In this document: positions 37,709 through 43,499 of the stretch, piece after piece
Numbering within the stretch: the stretch's first letter is position 1
How the letters are laid out: each line of letters starts with the position of its first letter
Assembly (NCBI GenBank): GCA_016234585.1
Contig: JACRBB010000029.1
Location: forward strand, 1-43,499
Source of the DNA: Candidatus Saccharimonadota bacterium
GTDB taxonomy: Bacteria; Patescibacteriota; Saccharimonadia; Saccharimonadales; UBA10212
Direction: 5' to 3'
DNA: 43,499 nucleotides
Made by a program: the position numbers and the translations under genes
Notes under the pieces: model-generated
What the model saw: only the letters and a program-made list of their open reading frames with translations
Told to the model about the DNA's origin: nothing
Database searches by the model: none

Positions 37709-38686
37709 ATGAAGGCCGTTAAACGACTATCGACATTTACTTTGAGCCTGCTAATTTTAGCAGTGCCGATTGCGATCTACGCCCAGCGTCAGGCTATATT
37801 TGACTGGGCTAGGTTACGTAACTACAATCCCCCGGCTGCTATCGCGCAACTGGCTAGCGATGACACTATGACCAGCAAGGCCCGGCACATGTTTTACGTA
37901 AATCACACGTCGCTGGTCGCCAAAGCCGCCGATTTTAGAAAAAGTTGTCCTGTAAGCGAGCAGACAATCGTACTGGGCTGTTACCAACCGATCCAAAACG
38001 GAATCTACATATACGATGTGGCCGACACCCGTTTAAACGGCGTGCACGAGGTAACAGCGGCTCACGAAATGTTGCATGCCGCCTATGACCGGCTTAGCTC
38101 CAAGGACAAAAACTACGTGAACGGTCTACTGCAAAGCTACTATGATACCCAGACGGACCAACGTATCACGGATACTGTCAATGCCTATAAAAAGTCTGAA
38201 CCTAACGACGTTGTCAACGAAATGCACTCTGTTTTTGGCACTGAAATCGCTGACTTGCCGGCTCCGCTAGAAAATTACTACAATCAGTACTTTAGCAATC
38301 GGGCTGCCGTGGTGTCATTTTCGGCCAGTTACGAAGGAGAATTTACTAACCGTCTAGCCAAGATTACTAGCTATGACCAGCAACTGGCTGCCATGAAACA
38401 GAGTATCGATAGCCAAGAGGCTGATTTAAAGAACCTACTTAATCAAATAGAAAGCGACCGGGCCCGGTTGGACAGGTTAAAGAGCTCGGGTGACTTTGCG
38501 GCCTATAATGCCGCGGTTCCGGGGTTCAACACCGAAATTACCGCTTATAATAGCGGCGTGACCAGATTAAAAAACGACATTGATTCGTTTAACGAGCTGG
38601 TGCAGACGCGTAACAGCCTGGCTGCCGAACTTAGGAGTTTAGACAGCGCCATAGACACCCGGTTAACACCTCAAGCCGCGCAATAG
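37709..38686 (+). CDS. Membrane-anchored putative zinc metallopeptidase with C-terminal coiled coil
   Basis: N-terminal TM, AHEMLHAAY (HExxH), NEMHS, heptad C-terminus. Confidence 0.7.
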   Translation: MKAVKRLSTFTLSLLILAVPIAIYAQRQAIFDWARLRNYNPPAAIAQLASDDTMTSKARHMFYVNHTSLVAKAADFRKSCPVSEQTIVLGCYQPIQNGIYIYDVADTRLNGVHEVTAAHEMLHAAYDRLSSKDKNYVNGLLQSYYDTQTDQRITDTVNAYKKSEPNDVVNEMHSVFGTEIADLPAPLENYYNQYFSNRAAVVSFSASYEGEFTNRLAKITSYDQQLAAMKQSIDSQEADLKNLLNQIESDRARLDRLKSSGDFAAYNAAVPGFNTEITAYNSGVTRLKNDIDSFNELVQTRNSLAAELRSLDSAIDTRLTPQAAQ

Positions 38687-38703
38687 TCTGTTAAAATAGG
38701 CGT

Positions 38704-40074
38704 ATGGCAAAGAGTTTAGGGACACGCTATGTATGTAGTAATTGTGGGGCATCGTCGTTAAGTTATACCGGGCGCTGCGCCCAGTGTGGCGAGTGGAACA
38801 CCCTGGAGCAGCAGGTTGAGATTACAACCGCGACTGCCGGGGCCAGTGGCCACAGCCTAAAAGTAGAATCGGTTATTAAGGCCGCGTCTACAAAAACCTC
38901 CCGGATTCTGACCAATATTTCCGAAGTCGATGAGGTTTTGGGCGGAGGCTTGGTGGCCGGGAGCGTTAACCTATTGGCTGGTCAGCCAGGTATTGGCAAA
39001 AGCACGCTGCTGCTTCAAGTAGCTTATAACATTGCCAAGGGACACAAGGTTTTATACGTCAGTGGCGAGGAATCTGCCCGCCAGGTTGGCTTGCGAGCCG
39101 AGCGGCTGGGTGCCTCCCATAAAGATTTGCAACTGGCTGTTTCAACCGTTGCCAACGACATTGCGGCTACGATTGCCGACGGTAAGTACGACGTGGTGGT
39201 GATGGACTCGGTACAGTCTGTATCCGTTAACGAAATAGCCTCGGCTGCCGGCACGGTAAGCCAAATTACCAACAGCACGCAGCTTCTAACGGCCGCCGCT
39301 AAGGCCACAGGCACGGCGCTTTTATTAGTTGGCCATGTTACTAAAGAGGGGTCTATCGCCGGCCCTAAGGTGTTGGAGCACATCGTCGACGTTGTTTTGC
39401 AGCTAGAAGGCGACCGCTATGGTGGTTTTAAAATTTTACGGGCCGTAAAGAATCGCTACGGTTCGACCAACGAGACTGGTATCTTTGAGATGGGCGAACA
39501 TGGCCTGCAGCCGGTTGAAAACCCATCAGAAGCTCTGCTAGCCGAGCGGCAAGCCAGTGATGGCTCAATTGTCCACGCTACTATGGAGGGTAGCCGCCCA
39601 TTGCTAGTAGAAGTTCAGGCTTTGGTTAATACCACCAGCTACGGATACCCGAAGCGCACCGCTAGCGGCATAGACCTTACCCGTGTAAACCTATTGATTG
39701 CTATGCTGGAAAAACGCACCAAGCTAAAGCTGGCAGACAAAGATATTTACGTTAACATTGTGGGCGGTATACGCCTTAGCGAGCCGGCTGCGGACCTAGC
39801 TATTTGTATGGCGATTGCCAGCGCCGCGAAGGGTATGCAGCTTAAGAAAAACGCCGTGGTATTTGGTGAGGTTGGGCTGTCCGGGGAGGTCAGGCATGTG
39901 CCTTATCTAGAAAAACGACTGGCAGAAGCTAAAAAGCTCGGCTTTGAAGTGGCCATCGGGCCGCGGGTACGCTCTGGTAACCCTTCGACTTCGCTCAGGG
40001 CAGGAAAACCATCAATTTTAATGCCGGTTGCCGATATCAGAACCGCCCTTAATACATTCTTAGAAAAAGACTAA
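38704..40074 (+). CDS. radA: DNA repair protein RadA/Sms
   Basis: C4 zinc finger, GQPGIGKSTLL, KNRYG, Lon-like C-terminal GEVGLSGEVR. Confidence 0.97.
   Translation: MAKSLGTRYVCSNCGASSLSYTGRCAQCGEWNTLEQQVEITTATAGASGHSLKVESVIKAASTKTSRILTNISEVDEVLGGGLVAGSVNLLAGQPGIGKSTLLLQVAYNIAKGHKVLYVSGEESARQVGLRAERLGASHKDLQLAVSTVANDIAATIADGKYDVVVMDSVQSVSVNEIASAAGTVSQITNSTQLLTAAAKATGTALLLVGHVTKEGSIAGPKVLEHIVDVVLQLEGDRYGGFKILRAVKNRYGSTNETGIFEMGEHGLQPVENPSEALLAERQASDGSIVHATMEGSRPLLVEVQALVNTTSYGYPKRTASGIDLTRVNLLIAMLEKRTKLKLADKDIYVNIVGGIRLSEPAADLAICMAIASAAKGMQLKKNAVVFGEVGLSGEVRHVPYLEKRLAEAKKLGFEVAIGPRVRSGNPSTSLRAGKPSILMPVADIRTALNTFLEKD
39981..40004 (+). repeat. REP-like palindrome inserted in frame in radA
   Basis: CCCTTCGACTTCGCTCAGGGCAGG (24 bp) encoding PSTSLRAG. 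Confidence 0.7.
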
Positions 40075-43000
40075 TTTGTAACAGTGGTCGTGGCGGTATT
40101 ATTGTTACTATCGGTAACGGTAACAGTGCTGCCAACCGGTGCCGAAACTTGCGAGACCGTACAACCACTGGCTGAGCAGGCAATCGGGTTACCATTGTCT
40201 TTGACCGTGAATGGTCCGGAGCCATTATCCCAGGTAATTTTGGTATTCGCACCAGTACGCGTGGCCTGAAGATTGCTTGGCCCTGATGCGGCTGCAGCAA
40301 AGTTTACCGTAGCATTGCCTGAAGTAACATCGTACAGTACGCTGTCTATCACCTGAACGGCAATTGTTACGCTACCCGAACCAGAATAGCTAAAAGTCTT
40401 TGTATCTGACGGGTCGGAAACTGCTTGTGACTGAGCCACTTGACCATTGACCAGCAGGTTGACGGTGCCCGGGAATTGGGGGTGAGCCGGGTCGTTAAAC
40501 GGGTGGGTCCCAGCCGAAACCGTCGCTGTAACGTTACAGCTGCTGGAACAGTTGGCAGTCCCGCCGCTGCTGACATCCGTACCATCTATAAATACACTGA
40601 TATTCGGTTTGGTGTCGCTACAGCTGTGGACGTCGTCGTTAGCGGTGGTGTTGTTGGGGTTGGTGGCTGCCCCGTTGCCGTAAAAGATGTCAATCGAGAA
40701 GTGATCGGCCGTGCTGTTGCCGCCCTGGGTCTGCTTGGCAAGGCCGGGAGTACAGTCGGTAGCGACTTTGCCAGATACTTTATCAATCGTGGCGTTTTGG
40801 GTCGAAGCGGCCTTGGGCTTATACCAAGCCGGGTAAATTTCGGTGCTGGGCGTAGGTTCAACCGATCCGATTCCAACGTGGCTGGTAACTACATAGGCCG
40901 GTAAATGTTGGATGTCGCTTGGCTCGGTCCAGTTGGACGGCGTAAGGCCGTCATGAGCGCCGTTCATCCAACCCTGCCAAATTGGCTGGGTCATATTTTC
41001 CATGGTTCCAGACAGAGTTTTTTGCCTGGTGTGATATCCGACCCATACCCCGGCCGCGTACTTGGTAGAAAAGCCCATCATCCAACCATCCTTACCCTCA
41101 GCCGTCGTACCGGTCTTCATGGCGAAGTTCCAGCCCTTGTAGCGATGCGGTTTGCGTCCAGCCGGGAAGTAGCTGGCGTTAGGATCTGAAACCATATTGG
41201 CAACGATATAGGCAGCGTCCTGGCGGACAACTTGAGTGCCTTTGGGCTGTTTCCACTCATAGAATGGCTTGGTACTACTTTTAGAGTCGTAAATCTTCAT
41301 GATATAGGTCTGCGGGACGTAGCTGCCCAATCTTGAAATAGTTGAGTAGCCATTAACGTGCTCATCAAGATGCAAAAATGCTCCGTCACCTATGCCGGAA
41401 GCCCCGTAACACTGAGTGGTCTGGGTCAGTTTTTGATCGGAGTAACATTTGTAGCCTGTTTTTAGGCCCATGGCTTCGGCAGTCTTAATGGTCTTGTCTA
41501 CTCCGGCGATAAGCATAGCTTTAACTGCCGGAACGTTACGTGAACCGCCAAGCGCGTAACGCAGAGTCAGGGGCCCAGGATAACGGAAGTCATAATCTTC
41601 CAAACAGTTACCACCATTTTTCGGCAAAGCCTTATTGGTGCACGGATAACCGGGAATAGCTTGCTGGACGTCATATAATACCGAGCCGGCTCCGGCGCTG
41701 TTACTGTTCTCTATTAAAGTCGTGTAGTCGTATGGCTTAAAGCTGGAGCCCGGCGGCAATGGTGTCTGAGCGTAATTTATCTGGCCATAGTCAGCATTGG
41801 TAAAGTCTACACCGCCGACTAGCGCGACCATCTGGCCGGTCTTGACGTCTTCTGCAGCAAAAGCCGCCTCGTCACCACCTTGGCGCTTAACCTGGGTAAT
41901 GCCTTTTTGAACCTGCTGTTCGGCAAGATCCTGCAGCTTGGTGTCCAGTGTGGTAATAACTTTCCAACCGCCAGCCTTAGATGAACCACTGCCATTTTCA
42001 CCGCTTAGAAAGGTGTTGGTTAGTTCATTTTTGGCAGCAAGGACGAAGTATGGCGACTTTATGCCGGCGTATTTGGTCTGTTGCGGCTGGACGGTGGCGA
42101 CAACATCAAATTTTTTGGCTGTTTCCGCATCGGACTTCTTAATCTTTCCGGTTTGGACCATAGAATCCAATACATAGTCATAACGAGCCGTGAAGGCCGA
42201 CTTTTCAAAGTAGGGACTGTATGGTGAATAGTAGCCCGGTGCCTTTGGTATGGCAGCCAACATGGCGGCTTCCGGCAATGTCAGATCTTTGGCCGACTTA
42301 TGGAAGTAGTCACTGGCAGCCGCCTGGACACCGTGGTCCACTCCACCATACGGCGCGGCGTTAAGATACCCGGTCAAAATCTCGTCTTTAGAGTAGCTGC
42401 GCTCCAATTCAACGGCTAAGATTAACTCTTTAACCTTTCTAGTTATGCTGCGTTGTTGAGTCCATTCCTGGGTGATTTTTACTAGTTGTTGGGTGATGGT
42501 TGACCCGCCTTGGGTCCCACCGGTGTGGAAGATGTCGTTAATAGCAGCTCGAACAATTGCCTTAACGTCAAAGCCCTTCTCGTTATAAAAGTTTCGGTCT
42601 TCAGTGGCGATGGTAGCGTCTTTAACGTATTTTGATATGTCGCCGCTGTTAACTGGTACGCGTTTAATGGCGTTATAGTCTTGCCATAGCAGGGTTTGGC
42701 CGGTACGGTCGTAGTAACTAATGCTGCCGCCCAGATTGCCGCCGGATATATCGGTAATGGATGGCAGATCCTTACGGAAGTAAGCAAAGACTGCCAGTGT
42801 CGTAATGAATAAGACCAAAATGCCTATACCGGCAACCTTTAGCGCCATTATCGCGCCGTCGCGGCTGAACCAATAGGCGGCTAAGCGTTTTGGCTGTAAG
42901 CGCCACAACGCCCTTTTAAACCTTGATTTGGGCAAGCCTTGCATACGCTGTACTTTGCGTCTAGCTTTGAGTTCTTTGCGGGCTACCCATTTCTCACCCA

Positions 43001-43112
43001 AAGAGCGGTGTATCTTTAACTGGTTACCACTACGGGTGGTAACGGTATTATTGCTAGATCGTCGCTGTCGATTACTGCCTCTACCCAATCGGCTACTCAT
43101 AGATAAGCCCAA
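40071..43112 (-). CDS. Class A penicillin-binding protein (transglycosylase-transpeptidase) with Ig-like C-terminal domains
   Basis: EDRNFY, GGSTITQQLVK, RKVKE, SSFK, SRN, KTGT. Confidence 0.95.
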   Translation of the reverse strand: MGLSMSSRLGRGSNRQRRSSNNTVTTRSGNQLKIHRSLGEKWVARKELKARRKVQRMQGLPKSRFKRALWRLQPKRLAAYWFSRDGAIMALKVAGIGILVLFITTLAVFAYFRKDLPSITDISGGNLGGSISYYDRTGQTLLWQDYNAIKRVPVNSGDISKYVKDATIATEDRNFYNEKGFDVKAIVRAAINDIFHTGGTQGGSTITQQLVKITQEWTQQRSITRKVKELILAVELERSYSKDEILTGYLNAAPYGGVDHGVQAAASDYFHKSAKDLTLPEAAMLAAIPKAPGYYSPYSPYFEKSAFTARYDYVLDSMVQTGKIKKSDAETAKKFDVVATVQPQQTKYAGIKSPYFVLAAKNELTNTFLSGENGSGSSKAGGWKVITTLDTKLQDLAEQQVQKGITQVKRQGGDEAAFAAEDVKTGQMVALVGGVDFTNADYGQINYAQTPLPPGSSFKPYDYTTLIENSNSAGAGSVLYDVQQAIPGYPCTNKALPKNGGNCLEDYDFRYPGPLTLRYALGGSRNVPAVKAMLIAGVDKTIKTAEAMGLKTGYKCYSDQKLTQTTQCYGASGIGDGAFLHLDEHVNGYSTISRLGSYVPQTYIMKIYDSKSSTKPFYEWKQPKGTQVVRQDAAYIVANMVSDPNASYFPAGRKPHRYKGWNFAMKTGTTAEGKDGWMMGFSTKYAAGVWVGYHTRQKTLSGTMENMTQPIWQGWMNGAHDGLTPSNWTEPSDIQHLPAYVVTSHVGIGSVEPTPSTEIYPAWYKPKAASTQNATIDKVSGKVATDCTPGLAKQTQGGNSTADHFSIDIFYGNGAATNPNNTTANDDVHSCSDTKPNISVFIDGTDVSSGGTANCSSSCNVTATVSAGTHPFNDPAHPQFPGTVNLLVNGQVAQSQAVSDPSDTKTFSYSGSGSVTIAVQVIDSVLYDVTSGNATVNFAAAASGPSNLQATRTGANTKITWDNGSGPFTVKDNGNPIACSASGCTVSQVSAPVGSTVTVTDSNNNTATTTVTN

Positions 43113-43244
43113 CGATCCTTTCTCAGAAGTATTATATCAAACCCCAAGCTTCTATAAATGTACCATAAAACGTAAGCTCTAATCATCACCTAAGTCTTTG
43201 GGTTATACTATCAATATAGTAAGTAAAAAGTAGGTTTCTGAGAA

Positions 43245-43409
43245 TGAGCTTAATTTATGTCGCCGCTCTGTTAAGCAAGAGTAATGTGAACGTCGCCAAA
43301 ACTAGGGTCAGGCGAGGAAACATACTCGTAGAGTACGTTGACAAGCGGTATTCTAGTTGCAGGCAGTTCACATTACTCGAGGCTGGAGAGGAGGCATAAA
43401 TTGAGCTCA
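43245..43409 (+). repeat. 165-bp imperfect palindromic element (MITE-like or structured RNA)
   Basis: Outer arms TGAGCTTAATTTATGTC / GGCATAAATTGAGCTCA, inner perfect 13-bp arms 43279-43291 / 43366-43378, further nested stems. Confidence 0.65.
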
Positions 43410-43499
43410 ACAAGCCTAAGCGAAGATTTAACCTGGCGCGGACTAATAAAAGACAAAACCTTTGCCGATAATAAATGGTTAGATAGCCCCAAGGTTTTC

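Overview
A 43.5-kb bacterial chromosome segment that reads like Patescibacteria/CPR, most likely Saccharibacteria. This is inferred from compact genes, TGA used as stop, an L19 with an acidic tail, a short MetK and a PilB-like ATPase lacking the Zn cysteines. The backbone is housekeeping: gatB, dnaE, TrmH-family MTase, PilB/GspE ATPase, rplS-rnhB-yraN, M3 peptidase, nusA, pcm, metK behind a SAM-I riboswitch, clpC behind a CIRCE element, radA and a class A PBP. The main accessory feature is a ~7.1-kb AT-rich island (21348-28469) bracketed by a perfect 83-bp inverted repeat, with no recombinase inside. It carries a PD-(D/E)XK nuclease, a Dam-family adenine methyltransferase and a tightly coupled four-gene module (PLD-SF2 helicase, 65-aa protein, Rad50/SMC-like CxC ATPase, 144-aa protein) with PbeABCD-like architecture but no phosphorothioation genes. 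It also holds a promoter- and terminator-bounded ~210-nt structured non-coding RNA candidate. Other notable signals: short REP-like palindromes inside the SAM riboswitch and in frame inside radA, a candidate ~85-nt leader/small RNA before a DUF475/TerC-like gene, a 165-bp palindromic rod at the right end, and small GC-rich gene cassettes. No tRNA, rRNA or CRISPR array was seen. All family assignments come from motif recognition by eye; no database searches were run.
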